A stretch of DNA of 64,000 nt from assembly GCA_965248445.1 (NCBI GenBank), contig CBDFJG010000004.1:736001-800000 (forward strand). The letters run 5' to 3'. This document shows, piece by piece, positions 1 to 9,863 of this stretch (within the stretch, counting starts at the first letter, position 1; every line of letters starts with the position of its first letter). Position numbers and translations under genes: made by a program. The notes beneath the pieces were generated by a model. That model had not been told where the DNA came from. It saw only the letters and a list, made by a program, of their open reading frames with translations, and searched no databases. This DNA is from Planctomycetota bacterium. Lineage in GTDB: Bacteria > Planctomycetota > JAJSAM01 > JAJVHW01.

Positions 1-1422
1 CGCAACGTGCTCATCCCGCCGGGCGTCGTCGTGACACTCGAGGGTTCGAGGCCGGCGATCCTGCGCGCGCTCAACATCGAGGTCAACGGTGAGATCCGCG
101 CGGACGGAAGGGTCGGACAGAACGCACCGACCGGGAACGGCCGAAGCACGAACCCGGTACGCAAATTCGGCGGAGCGGGCGGCCCCGGCGGCGGCAAGGG
201 CGGCGACATGGCCACGACCTTCCCGGGCACCGCCGCCAACGCGCACACGTTCACGGACAACGTTCGCGGCACGGGCTACACGGGCACCGTCGGCAATGAC
301 TCGCTCGGGAACCTGGCGGTCGACGACGGCGGCCGCGGCGGCCGCGGCGGCACGGCCGGAATCGGCACGATCTACAACGAAGGCGCGGGCGGTGGCGGCG
401 GCGGCTCGCGGCTCGCGGGCACCAAGGGCGCGAACAACCGGTACACCACGGTCAACTGGAACGGGATCGGCGGCCAGGGCGGCAACGGCTCGTCGAACGA
501 CGACCTCCTTCCGCTCGTCGGCGGCGCCGGCGGCGGCGCGGGCGCCACCGCATCGTACGCACCGCGGGGATGGAACCAGGGCTCAGGCGCTGGTGGCGGC
601 GGCGGCGGCGCGGTCCGCGTGGACAGCGCGACTCTGATCACCATCGGCTCGCAGGGCGTCATCCGCTCACGCGGCGGCACGGGCGGCAAGGGCACGACGT
701 CCTCCACCAACTCCGGCGGTCCCGGCGGCGGCGGCGGCGGCGGCGCGGTCAAGCTCCGCTCGAGCAAGGGCTTCAACATTGCAGACCCGGGCTCGGCGAT
801 CGACGTGCGCGGCGGCCCCGGCGGAACGAACCAGAACGTGCAGACGTGGGTCGCGCTCTTCGGTGGCACCGGCGGCGAGGGATACGTCCGGCTCGAGGAC
901 CCGAACGGCGGCATCCTGCTGCCCGGCGCCACACAGGGCGTGTTCGACCCCGTCGGCGGCGGCGTGCCCAGCTTCGTCTACACGCTCTTCGTCGACATCG
1001 GAGTCGGCGGTCCTCGGATCCTCAACTTCACCGAAGACGACTTCACGATATCGGCGATCAACGACGCCATCCTGATCGAGGCGCAGTTCGCGATCGAGGA
1101 CTCGAACGCGTTCGGTCAACCGGACCTCAGCGCGCTGCTGCCCGACGGATCGTCGGTCGACGACAACAAGGTCTCGCAGTGGACGCCTGTCCGCTACGTA
1201 GACAACACCGGTCAGGCGACCCCAGCCATCCCGGGCATTCCGGGCTACGACCCCGGCACACAGGGCAACGACGCCATCTTCGACATCACAACCGTCGTGA
1301 CCGGGAGGGCGTACAAGTTCCTCCGCTTGCGCATCACGTTCCAGCTGGATGACGACCAGTCGAGTTTGGACCCGCTTCCGTTCGTGGATCGCGTGGCGCT
1401 GAACTTCCAATTCAACTTCTGA
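1..1422 (+). CDS. 3' part of a large glycine-rich, probably surface/secreted protein (5' end outside window)
   Basis: Frame is open from base 1 to TGA at 1420-1422 with GC3-rich codons. It has GGxGGGGGG repeats alternating with short beta-strands, then a C-terminal beta-rich domain ending ...VALNFQFNF. Confidence 0.8.
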   Translation, partial: RNVLIPPGVVVTLEGSRPAILRALNIEVNGEIRADGRVGQNAPTGNGRSTNPVRKFGGAGGPGGGKGGDMATTFPGTAANAHTFTDNVRGTGYTGTVGNDSLGNLAVDDGGRGGRGGTAGIGTIYNEGAGGGGGGSRLAGTKGANNRYTTVNWNGIGGQGGNGSSNDDLLPLVGGAGGGAGATASYAPRGWNQGSGAGGGGGGAVRVDSATLITIGSQGVIRSRGGTGGKGTTSSTNSGGPGGGGGGGAVKLRSSKGFNIADPGSAIDVRGGPGGTNQNVQTWVALFGGTGGEGYVRLEDPNGGILLPGATQGVFDPVGGGVPSFVYTLFVDIGVGGPRILNFTEDDFTISAINDAILIEAQFAIEDSNAFGQPDLSALLPDGSSVDDNKVSQWTPVRYVDNTGQATPAIPGIPGYDPGTQGNDAIFDITTVVTGRAYKFLRLRITFQLDDDQSSLDPLPFVDRVALNFQFNF

Positions 1423-1427
1423 GCAGT

Positions 1428-1667
1428 GTCTTCTGGCTCAACACCTGACGGTGTTGACGCCGTTGGAGAGACGGGTACTGACACCGATCACATGAGGGCG
1501 GAGCCGCTGGCTCCGCCCTTGTTCTTTGGCTCATCCGCTGACTCGGATGACGCGCAGCGTCTTCTGGCTCAACACCTGACGGTGTTGACGCGGTTGCGGG
1601 CACGGGTTCTCGGATCGACGGTTACTCAGAGAGACTGAACGGGGCGGAGCCACGCGGCTCCGCCCCG
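1428..1667. repeat. Mosaic of palindromic (REP/BIME-like) repeats
   Basis: Identical 33-mer GTCTTCTGGCTCAACACCTGACGGTGTTGACGC at 1428-1460 and 1559-1591, with a variant copy at 1521-1553. A second hairpin family GGGCGGAGCC-N3/4-GGCTCCGCCC occurs at 1495-1519 and 1640-1667. Confidence 0.85.
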
Positions 1668-1701
1668 CGTTGATTCGGTGAGCCCGGCGTAGCATGCGCG
1701 G

Positions 1702-3027
1702 GTGAGCGGTGACACCGGGTTGTTCGGGGATGCGCGGCGGCGATTGCGCGAGATCGTCATCGAGGGGCGGATTCCGGCCAAGCCGGCGCCGCTGCGGGTC
1801 GCGCTCTCTTCGTTCCGGGCCCTCGCGCTGGCAGCGCTGCGCTTCGAGAGCGACCGCGGACGCGAGCGAGCCGCTGCGCTCGCATACGGGACGCTCCTCG
1901 CGCTGATCCCCATCGTCCTCCTCGGGGTCTCGGCACTCGAACTGCTCTCTGCGCCGGGCGAAGCGGACGCGTCTCGCCGCGTCCTCGACCTGGTGTTCCC
2001 GTCACAGGCCGAGGCGGTGAAGAGCGGGTTCCTGCAGCTCTTCGAGGAGTCGCGCCGGGCCATCGGCGGCGGCGGCGCCACCACCGCGGTGCGCGTGTTC
2101 TCCGTGCTACTGCTCGTCTACTTCGCGACCAGCCTGATGACGAGCGTCGACCGGATGGTCGCGGCGATCTGGCGCACGGCCCGTTTCCGCCGACTGGCCG
2201 CGCGGATCTCGGCCTACTGGGCTGTGCTGACCCTGGGTCCGGTCGCCATCGCGCTCTCGTTCGCCGGCACGCTCATGGCGAGCGAGCTGCTGGGCGAAGG
2301 CTCGGACGCGGTGCTCGAGAACCTGCTGCGCTTCGGCGTCACCTGGATCTCGGTGTTCCTCTTCTATCGCCTCATGCCTCACACGCGCGTGCGCACCGGC
2401 GCCGCGCTCGCCGGTGCGGCGGTCGCGGGGTCGCTGTGGGAAGGCAGCAAGCTCGCGATGGGCCTGTTTCTGTCGCAGCCGAAGACGCTGTTGACGGCGA
2501 TGACGATCTTCCCCGCGGCAATGCTCTGGATGTACGTCACGTGGCTGATCCTGATCTACGGACTCGAGGTTGCATACATCGTGCAGCAGCGCGCATCACT
2601 CCCGGGCCGCCGGGCGGATCTCGATCCGCCCCACGGCCTGCGATACGACGCGCTGACACTCGCCGTCGCAATCGAGGTCGCGGCCGCATTCGACGCGGGA
2701 CAGGAACCGACCAGGGACGTGCTGGCGGCCGCCCTCGGCGCCTCCGAGGATCACATCCGTGCGGCGCTCCGGCGGTTGACCGCCGCGGACGTCCTGGCGG
2801 TGGGAGAGGCGGGAGGCTACCGCCCCGCCCGGGGGGCGGTCGGTGTGCGCGTGTCGGATCTGGTGGGCGCGGCCCGCGGGCGCGTCGCCGATCTCTCGCG
2901 GGATGCGACGAGCCCGTCTCTCCGGGTCGCCTCCGACTGCCTTGCGGATCACCAGAGCGCCGGCGACCTCTCGACCGAGACGGCCACGCTGGCCGACCTC
3001 GTCGCCCGTCGCCGGGCCGCCGGCTAG
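1702..3027 (+). CDS. YihY/virulence factor BrkB family membrane protein with C-terminal winged-helix (Rrf2-like) domain
   Basis: AAALAYGTLLALIP, LFYRLMPHTRV and LWMYVTWLILIYGLE match YihY motifs. It has several TM segments and a C-terminal HTH-like region. Confidence 0.85.
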   Translation: MSGDTGLFGDARRRLREIVIEGRIPAKPAPLRVALSSFRALALAALRFESDRGRERAAALAYGTLLALIPIVLLGVSALELLSAPGEADASRRVLDLVFPSQAEAVKSGFLQLFEESRRAIGGGGATTAVRVFSVLLLVYFATSLMTSVDRMVAAIWRTARFRRLAARISAYWAVLTLGPVAIALSFAGTLMASELLGEGSDAVLENLLRFGVTWISVFLFYRLMPHTRVRTGAALAGAAVAGSLWEGSKLAMGLFLSQPKTLLTAMTIFPAAMLWMYVTWLILIYGLEVAYIVQQRASLPGRRADLDPPHGLRYDALTLAVAIEVAAAFDAGQEPTRDVLAAALGASEDHIRAALRRLTAADVLAVGEAGGYRPARGAVGVRVSDLVGAARGRVADLSRDATSPSLRVASDCLADHQSAGDLSTETATLADLVARRRAAG

Positions 3028-3079
3028 ACCGCGCCGACTAGGTAGCCACGCCCGCGACGCCGGTGGGTATCCTCCCGCG

Positions 3080-5014
3080 GTGGCTCGCACCATCCCATCC
3101 CGCGACATCCTCCCAGTCACGCTGGGTACCGCCGGGCACATCGATCACGGCAAGACGACGTTGCTTCGCGCTCTCGCCGGCGATGAGGGTGACACGGACC
3201 GGCTCGCGGAGGAGCGGGCACGCGGTCTGACGATCGACATCGGGTACGCCGAGCTTCGCGTCGCGGACGACCTCGAGGTCGGCGTCGTGGACGTGCCCGG
3301 TCACGAGAAGTTCATCCGCAACATGGTCGCTGGAGCCACGGGCATCGACGTGGTGCTGCTCGTCGTGGCGGCTGACGACGGTGTCATGCCGCAGACGCGC
3401 GAGCACCTGCAGATCATGTCTCTCCTCGGTCTGTCCACAGGTGTGATCGCGATCACGAAGTCCGACACCGTGGACGCGGAGATGGTCGAGCTGGTCGCCT
3501 CCGAGGTCGAGGACCTCGTCCAGGGCACGTTCCTGGAGGGCGCCAAGCTGCTCCCGGTCTCGGCCGTCTCCGGCGCGGGCCTGGACGACCTGCGTGATGA
3601 GATCGCCCGCCTGGTGCGAGAAGCGCCCCGCCGCGACGTGGACGGGTTCTTCAGGATGCCCGTGCTGCGCGTGTTCACGTCCGAGGGCTTCGGCACGGTC
3701 GTCACGGGCATCCCGAGTTCGGGGCGCATCTCAGTCGGCAATCGTGTGCACGTGCAACCCAGTGAACGGGTGGGCCGCGTACGCGGGCTGCAGGTCTACC
3801 ACCGCCCGTCCGAACACGCAGAAGCCGGGCACCGCACGGCGATCAACATCGCTGACCTCGAGCGCAAGAAGGTCCGGCGAGGCGACGTGGTCTGCGAACC
3901 GGACGTGTTCGCCGAGACGCGCATCGTGGATGCGAAGCTGCACGTCCTCGAGACCATGCCGCGCCCGCTGCGACACAACTCCGAGGTGAGGCTGCACGTC
4001 GGCACGCTGGAGTGCGCGGCCCGCGTCCTCCTCGTAGGCCGCAAGATCCTCGCGCCGGGTGAGACCGGGTGGGTGCAGCTCAAACTGGATCGCGAGGCGC
4101 TCGTCGCGCCGGGCGATCGCTTCATCGTCCGCACGCCGTCTCACGTCGCGACGATCGGCGGCGGGCTGCTCCTCGGCGCCGGCTCACTCGCGATGCGCCG
4201 GCGGGGCAAGGGCCGCGCGGAGATGTTCGCCGAGCGCGAGCGCGGGCTGGCCGACCCGCGCGTCGCCGTCGCTTCAGAGGTAAGACGTGCCGGACTCGCG
4301 GGGGTCGAGCGCCGGGATCTGGTTCGCGCACTCATGCGGCGCCCCGACGAGCTGGCGCCCCTGGTCGACGCTCTCGTGGCAGACGGCCTCCTGGTGTCGC
4401 TCGGCCGCGCGCTGCTCGTTCACGGCGACGAGGCGGCGCGCGGCGAGCAGGCGATCATCGAAGCGCTCGACCGATTCCACCGCCAGCAGCCGCTGGCGCT
4501 CGGAGTCCGCAAGGCGACGCTTCCGGGACGCCTCCAGGCATCCGGGGACGTCGTGGACGGCCTCCTCGGACGCCTCGCGGAGGATGGCCGCGTCGAGCAT
4601 CTCTCCGAGGGCCGCGTCCGACTCGGGGGGCGCGGAGCCGAACTGTCCGACGCGCAGCGCGCGCGGCAGGAGCGGATCCTCGAGACGCTGGCCGCGGATC
4701 CCTGGCAGACACCGCGCGCGAAAACGCTTCCCGAGTTGATCGGCGCGCTGCCCGCAGAGACCGACCAGTTGCTGACCATCCTCGAACACGACGGCGCGAT
4801 CGTCCGCCTGAAGGAGGGGATACTGTTCCTCGCGACGTCCATCGACGAGGTACAGGCGCGCGTCCGCGAACACTGCGCCGAATCCGGGACGCTCTCGCCG
4901 GCGGATCTGCGCGCGCTGTTCGGCATGACCCGCAAGTACGGGATCCCGCTGCTCGAGCACCTCGACGCGATCGGATTCACACGCCGCCAGGGCGACGTAC
5001 GCGTCCTGCGCTGA
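3080..5014 (+). CDS. selB: Selenocysteine-specific translation elongation factor
   Basis: GTAGHIDHGKT, RGLTIDIG, DVPGHEKF and TKSD GTPase motifs, plus the C-terminal winged-helix motif TRKYGIPLLEHLD. Start placed at GTG 3080, behind TATCCT. Confidence 0.95.
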   Translation: MARTIPSRDILPVTLGTAGHIDHGKTTLLRALAGDEGDTDRLAEERARGLTIDIGYAELRVADDLEVGVVDVPGHEKFIRNMVAGATGIDVVLLVVAADDGVMPQTREHLQIMSLLGLSTGVIAITKSDTVDAEMVELVASEVEDLVQGTFLEGAKLLPVSAVSGAGLDDLRDEIARLVREAPRRDVDGFFRMPVLRVFTSEGFGTVVTGIPSSGRISVGNRVHVQPSERVGRVRGLQVYHRPSEHAEAGHRTAINIADLERKKVRRGDVVCEPDVFAETRIVDAKLHVLETMPRPLRHNSEVRLHVGTLECAARVLLVGRKILAPGETGWVQLKLDREALVAPGDRFIVRTPSHVATIGGGLLLGAGSLAMRRRGKGRAEMFAERERGLADPRVAVASEVRRAGLAGVERRDLVRALMRRPDELAPLVDALVADGLLVSLGRALLVHGDEAARGEQAIIEALDRFHRQQPLALGVRKATLPGRLQASGDVVDGLLGRLAEDGRVEHLSEGRVRLGGRGAELSDAQRARQERILETLAADPWQTPRAKTLPELIGALPAETDQLLTILEHDGAIVRLKEGILFLATSIDEVQARVREHCAESGTLSPADLRALFGMTRKYGIPLLEHLDAIGFTRRQGDVRVLR

Positions 5015-5099
5015 CCCGCGTCCGCCCGGCTTCTGTCCCCGCACCGGCGTAGGGTCATCGACGCGGCCGGCGCCGCGAGTTGTCAGTGTCCTCTTACCT

Positions 5100-6986
5100 A
5101 TGGGCTCGCCTTGCCGCGGCGCCAGAGGGAGTCCCGTCATCGTCAGGAGAGCGCACTCCGCCAGCCCCGGCGCGCCGGCCGAAGTCCGGACCCCGGCATC
5201 CGGAGCCCGGACTTCCCAAACCCCAGCGGAACGACGGTGGATCGTCGCCGCGCCGCGTCCACTGCTCTGCCGCAGTCTGGCTGCAGAGTTGAGCATCGGT
5301 GAGATCGCGGTTCAGTGCCTCGTCAACCGCGGCATCGTGAGCGGAGCGCCGGGCGATCGCGACGATGCGCACACGTACCTCTCGGCCGGACTGGGCGATC
5401 TGCTGCCGCCGGACCGGCTGCCGGACATCGACGCCGCCGTCGCCCGTTTGCGGCAGGCGCTGCGCGACAACGAGACGATCTGCGTCTGGGGCGATTACGA
5501 CGTGGACGGCATCGGGGGCGCGTCGGTGCTCATCCGGTTCCTGCGGCAGATGGGTGCGGAGCGCGTCGTGCCCCTCATTCCCGAGCGGACGGGCTCCGGC
5601 TACGGCTTCCACTGGCCGACCATGGAACGGCTGGCGCGCGACGAAGGCGTCACGCTGTTCGTCTCCGTCGACCATGGCTGCACCGCGGTGGACGAAGTCA
5701 CTCGCGCGCAGGAAGCCGGCCTCGACGTCGTGATCGCAGACCACCACGAGATGGCGCCGCAGCTCCCCCCGGCCGTCGCCGTGGTCAATCCGAAGCGACC
5801 CGATTCCGAGTACGAGTTCCCGTACCTCTGTGGGACGGGCGTCGCCATGAAGGTGGCCTGGGCGTTGGCGCAGGACATGTCTCCCGGCGCACGCGTGACG
5901 GACGAGATGCGCGAGTTCCTGTTGACTGCGCTCGGCACCGCGGTGCTCGGCACGGTTGCAGACGTCGTGCCGCTGCGCGGTGAGAACCGGATTATCGTGC
6001 GCCACGGGCTGCGCGTCCTCGCGGAACGGCCGACGGCCGGTCTGCGCGCACTGCTCGACATCTCCCGCGCGACGGCCCCGCTCGACGCGAGCGACGTCGG
6101 GTTCCGTCTCGGCCCGCGGCTGAACGCCGCAGGACGAATGGGCAATGCACGCGCTGCGCTCGAGCTGCTCCTCACCGACGACCCGGTCGAAGCGCGCAAG
6201 CTGGCAGAGTGGCTGGACGACGCAAACACCCGCCGCCGCGCGATCGAGCGCGGCGTGGCGGAGGAGGCGATGGAGCGCGCGCTGGCGGAGTTCGGACCAG
6301 ATCCGGACGGCGGCATCGTGCTCCTGGGCGACGAGTGGCATCACGGCGTGATCGGGATCGTCGCGGCGCGTCTCGTCGACGCCTTCCACGTTCCCGTCGT
6401 CATGATCAGCGCGGCCGGAGGCGTGGCGCGAGGATCGGCGCGCAGCGTGCCCGGTTTCGTGCTGCACGAGGCGCTGCGAGCATGCGGCGAACACCTCGTG
6501 GCGCACGGCGGCCACGCCGCGGCGGCAGGCCTCACCATCGATCCCGCACGGTTCGACGGGTTCCGCGACGCATTCACGGCCTACGTTCGCGAGAACCTTC
6601 CGATCGACGCCCGTAGGCCGCGGCTCGAGGTGGACGCGGAGGTGCCGCTCTCCGCTCTCCGTCCCGGCCTCGTCGCCGAGCTGGCCCGCCTCGCACCCTT
6701 CGGCGCGGGAAACGCCGAGCCCGTCCTCGCGGTGCGCGGTGTTCGCGTAGCCGGGCGCGCACGCCGCATGGGACAGCGCGGAGAGCATGTCGCCTTCCAC
6801 GTACGCGACGAACAGAGCTCGCTCCGCCTGGTCGCGTTCCGGCAGGCCGCCCGCTTCGAGCCACTCCTCTCGGACGGCGGCCCCATCGACGTCGCGTTCG
6901 TGCCGCAGCGGAACCAGTTCCGTGGCCGCGACGAGGTCGAGGGCGTGGTGCGCGACATTCGCCGCTCCGATCCCGCAGGTGGCTAG
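5100..6986 (+). CDS. recJ: Single-stranded-DNA-specific exonuclease RecJ (start uncertain, may be downstream)
   Basis: DHH-family motifs GDYDVDG, VDHG, DHH, LGTVADV, PRLNAAGR and GGHAAAAG; PFGAGN in the C-terminal region. Confidence 0.95.
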   Translation: MGSPCRGARGSPVIVRRAHSASPGAPAEVRTPASGARTSQTPAERRWIVAAPRPLLCRSLAAELSIGEIAVQCLVNRGIVSGAPGDRDDAHTYLSAGLGDLLPPDRLPDIDAAVARLRQALRDNETICVWGDYDVDGIGGASVLIRFLRQMGAERVVPLIPERTGSGYGFHWPTMERLARDEGVTLFVSVDHGCTAVDEVTRAQEAGLDVVIADHHEMAPQLPPAVAVVNPKRPDSEYEFPYLCGTGVAMKVAWALAQDMSPGARVTDEMREFLLTALGTAVLGTVADVVPLRGENRIIVRHGLRVLAERPTAGLRALLDISRATAPLDASDVGFRLGPRLNAAGRMGNARAALELLLTDDPVEARKLAEWLDDANTRRRAIERGVAEEAMERALAEFGPDPDGGIVLLGDEWHHGVIGIVAARLVDAFHVPVVMISAAGGVARGSARSVPGFVLHEALRACGEHLVAHGGHAAAAGLTIDPARFDGFRDAFTAYVRENLPIDARRPRLEVDAEVPLSALRPGLVAELARLAPFGAGNAEPVLAVRGVRVAGRARRMGQRGEHVAFHVRDEQSSLRLVAFRQAARFEPLLSDGGPIDVAFVPQRNQFRGRDEVEGVVRDIRRSDPAGG

Positions 6987-7055
6987 GATTCGGCAGCTGG
7001 CTAGGATCCCGTCAGCTGGCCCGGATCCGGCAGGTGGCTTCGATCCCGGAGGGTG
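6969..7055. repeat. Degenerate ~18-bp tandem repeat (4-5 copies) beginning in the recJ 3' end
   Basis: Units read GATCCCGCAGGTGGCTAG / GATTCGGCAGCTGGCTAG / GATCCCGTCAGCTGGCCCG / GATCCGGCAGGTGGCTTC / GATCCCGGAGGGTG. Confidence 0.75.
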
Positions 7056-7109
7056 ATCGGGCACGCCCGGTCGTATCCTGACGGCCCCTCTCCCGAACGG
7101 AGCGCACCG

Positions 7110-8951
7110 ATGACTCACAGTCAGACCTCTCGCTACGTGCTCGTCGCCGTCCTCGCCGGCGCGAGCGTCTGCACCGCGAGCACGGCGCTCGGCCGCGACA
7201 GTTCGTCGCCGCCACCGAAGGAGAAGCTCACGCCGGCGATCGAAGCGGGGCAGTTCCTGACGCACGCTGCGCACCTCGCGTCCGACGAACTGGCCGGACG
7301 CGAATCGGGAACGCCGGGAGGCCGAGCGGCGGAGGACTACGTCGCCAAGCAGTTCGCGAAGGCCGGGCTCCAGCCGTTCGGCGAAGGCGGGACGTTCTTC
7401 GAGGACGTCGTCCTACCGATGCGTCCCATGAAGCCCGACGACACCACACTCGCCGTTCGTGAGGGCGAGGCGTGGAAGCCGCTCGGCGAACCGACGGACG
7501 TCGTCCCCTTCGCGTTCTCGGAGAACGGCACCGTCGCCGCCCCACTCGTGTTCTGCGGATACGGGCTGGTCGACGGCGACTACGAGTGGAACGACTACGC
7601 GGGCATCAATGTCAAGGGCAAGGTGGTCCTCGTCCTGCGGCACGGCCCCAACGAGAAGGACCCCGAGAGTCCCTGGACCATGGGGCGCCGCACACCGCCC
7701 GCGCAACGCATGAAGCTTGCGTTCACGACGAAGGCACAGAACGCCGTGGAAGCAGGCGCGGCCGCATTGCTGATGGTCAACGATCGCCACCACGGCGCGG
7801 CCCCCCTGCCGGCCCGCGTGCCGGGCGCACGCCAGCCTATCCCGGTCATCGCAGTCTCGCGCGCCGTCGCGGACACGCTGGTCGCGCCGTCGGGCAAGAC
7901 GATCGAGGAGTTGCAGATCGAGGTGGACGAGGCGAACAAACCCGCGTCCCGGGAGATCGGCAGGAACGTCACCGTGACGGCGAAGCTCGGCGAGACGCTC
8001 GGACGCAACGTGCTCGCAATTCGACGCGGCAGCGACCCGAAGCTCGCGAGCGAGTGCGTTGTGCTCGGCGCACATCTGGATCACGTCGGAATGGGCAAGT
8101 TCGGCAGTTCGGCCGGACGCGCCGGGCGCGGCAAGATCCACAACGGCGCGGACGACAACGCCTCGGGAACAGCTGCTCTGCTCGAGCTGGCGGGCTTCAT
8201 CGGCGCGCAGCCGGCGCCGAAGCGCACGATCATCTTCGCAGGCTGGTGCGGCGAGGAGATGGGGCTCGTCGGCAGCCGCTCGTACGTCGCCGATCCGCGC
8301 TGGCCGCTCGAGAAGACCGTTGCCTGCATCAATGTCGACATGCTCGGCCGGTACCGCGCGACCAAGGAGTCCGACCGCGGCCTGATGATCGAAGGCACGG
8401 GGACGGGCAGCACATTCGCAGCACTTGCAGAGGGCGCGGCGGCTGCGGAGAAGATCCGCTTCTCGCACGCGCGCGACGGCTGGCGGCAGAGCGACCACTA
8501 CCCCTTCTACGCCGCGGGCGTGCCGGCGCTGTTCTTCACGACGGGGCTGCACGCCGAGTACCACGGCCCGGACGATGACTGGTGGCTTCTCGTGGACGAC
8601 GGCGCGGCGGCCAGCGCCCGCGCTATCGCGCGCGTCACGCTTGCCGTCGCGAACGACTCGGCGCGGCCGGACTTCGCCAAGCTGCCCCCCCGGCCCGTGC
8701 TGGGCGTGCGCCTCCGGGCAGACAAGGACGAGCCCGGCGCCGTGATCGCGTTCCTCGCGCCGGACATGGCCGCAGCGAATGCGGGGCTCGTGGTGAACGA
8801 CCGCATCGTGGAGTTCGACGGCACGGCCGTCGCATCCGACCGCCAGATGTACTCGCTGATCGGCGCGAAAGCCCCCGGCGACGTCGTGACCCTGCGCTTC
8901 TACCGCGGTAGCAAGATGTTGGAGGCCAAGGCGACGCTCAGCGGTCGCTGA
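7110..8951 (+). CDS. Secreted M28-family metallopeptidase with PA and C-terminal PDZ domains
   Basis: Signal peptide; GAHLDH, NGADDNASG, GEEMGL, SDHYPF and YHGPDD zinc-ligand motifs; PA insert (VKGKVVLVLR); PDZ-like C-terminus. GGAG precedes ATG 7110. Confidence 0.9.
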   Translation: MTHSQTSRYVLVAVLAGASVCTASTALGRDSSSPPPKEKLTPAIEAGQFLTHAAHLASDELAGRESGTPGGRAAEDYVAKQFAKAGLQPFGEGGTFFEDVVLPMRPMKPDDTTLAVREGEAWKPLGEPTDVVPFAFSENGTVAAPLVFCGYGLVDGDYEWNDYAGINVKGKVVLVLRHGPNEKDPESPWTMGRRTPPAQRMKLAFTTKAQNAVEAGAAALLMVNDRHHGAAPLPARVPGARQPIPVIAVSRAVADTLVAPSGKTIEELQIEVDEANKPASREIGRNVTVTAKLGETLGRNVLAIRRGSDPKLASECVVLGAHLDHVGMGKFGSSAGRAGRGKIHNGADDNASGTAALLELAGFIGAQPAPKRTIIFAGWCGEEMGLVGSRSYVADPRWPLEKTVACINVDMLGRYRATKESDRGLMIEGTGTGSTFAALAEGAAAAEKIRFSHARDGWRQSDHYPFYAAGVPALFFTTGLHAEYHGPDDDWWLLVDDGAAASARAIARVTLAVANDSARPDFAKLPPRPVLGVRLRADKDEPGAVIAFLAPDMAAANAGLVVNDRIVEFDGTAVASDRQMYSLIGAKAPGDVVTLRFYRGSKMLEAKATLSGR

Positions 8952-8957
8952 CGCCGT

Positions 8958-9797
8958 TCACGACGCCTCCAGCGCCGCGTGCGCGCCCGTCATTTCCATA
9001 GACAGGAGTCCGGCCGCGCGCGACACGTCGAGCGTCAGATTCCGCGGCCGCTCTTCTCCGGGCGGCAGACTCCCGTCCCCGGCAAGAGCGCGTTCGGCCC
9101 GTTCGCGACCCGGCACGCGGAAGTGCTCGAGCAGCAACGATCCGAACTCGAAGCGCGAGAGCGACTCGGCCCCCGACACGTGCAGCGGTCCCGTGTACGG
9201 CATGTCGATCAGGAACGAGATCGCAGCCGCCAGCAGATCGCGCGTGACCGGGCACCGGAACTCGTCGGTGTAGAGACGGCACGGTTCGCCGCGTGCCAGG
9301 CGCTCGGCGAACGCGAGGACCCCCCGGCTCATCTCGAGCGCGTCCCAGATCAAGGACGTGCGCACCACCACAGCCGCGGCGCCGCTCGCGAAGACCGCGT
9401 CCTCGCCGGCGGCCTTCGATCGACCGTACGAATTCGTCGGCCGTGTGACCGCGTCCTCGTCATATGGCGGGCTGCACCCGTCGAACACCATGTCCGAAGA
9501 GACGTGCACGATGCGCAGACCGCGATCGGCCGCGAGAGCGGCGACGTTCGCGGCGCCCGCCACGTTCACGTCGCGCAACCGTTCCATGCTCTCGGATGGG
9601 CGCGCGGCAGCCAGGTTGACGACTGCCCGCGGCGGGCGAGCGTCGCACCAATCCGTCAGCGCGCGCCGATCGCGTACGTCGAGTCGCGAGCTGCGCGGTG
9701 CGTCGACGGGAGTGCGCTGCGCCAGGAGCTTGACGAGCGCGCGGCCGAGGAATCCGCCGCCGCCGAGCACGAGAGTCGGTCGCTGGTCCGGTTGCAC
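8958..9797 (-). CDS. RmlD-like SDR oxidoreductase (dTDP-4-dehydrorhamnose reductase family)
   Basis: GGGGFLG Rossmann motif, HVSSDMVFDG, YGRSK catalytic motif. Confidence 0.85.
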   Translation of the reverse strand: MQPDQRPTLVLGGGGFLGRALVKLLAQRTPVDAPRSSRLDVRDRRALTDWCDARPPRAVVNLAAARPSESMERLRDVNVAGAANVAALAADRGLRIVHVSSDMVFDGCSPPYDEDAVTRPTNSYGRSKAAGEDAVFASGAAAVVVRTSLIWDALEMSRGVLAFAERLARGEPCRLYTDEFRCPVTRDLLAAAISFLIDMPYTGPLHVSGAESLSRFEFGSLLLEHFRVPGRERAERALAGDGSLPPGEERPRNLTLDVSRAAGLLSMEMTGAHAALEAS

Positions 9798-9863
9798 CGC
9801 GACACCGTACTAGGCCCGCATCGTTCACGAGACACGCGCGCCTGAGCGTTCCCGACGCGGGCC

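Noticed and set aside
1428..1591. CRISPR mini-array (33-bp hairpin repeats)
   Set aside because: Spacing is irregular (60 nt, then 5 nt), the spacers resemble each other and contain another palindrome family, and there are no cas genes in the window.
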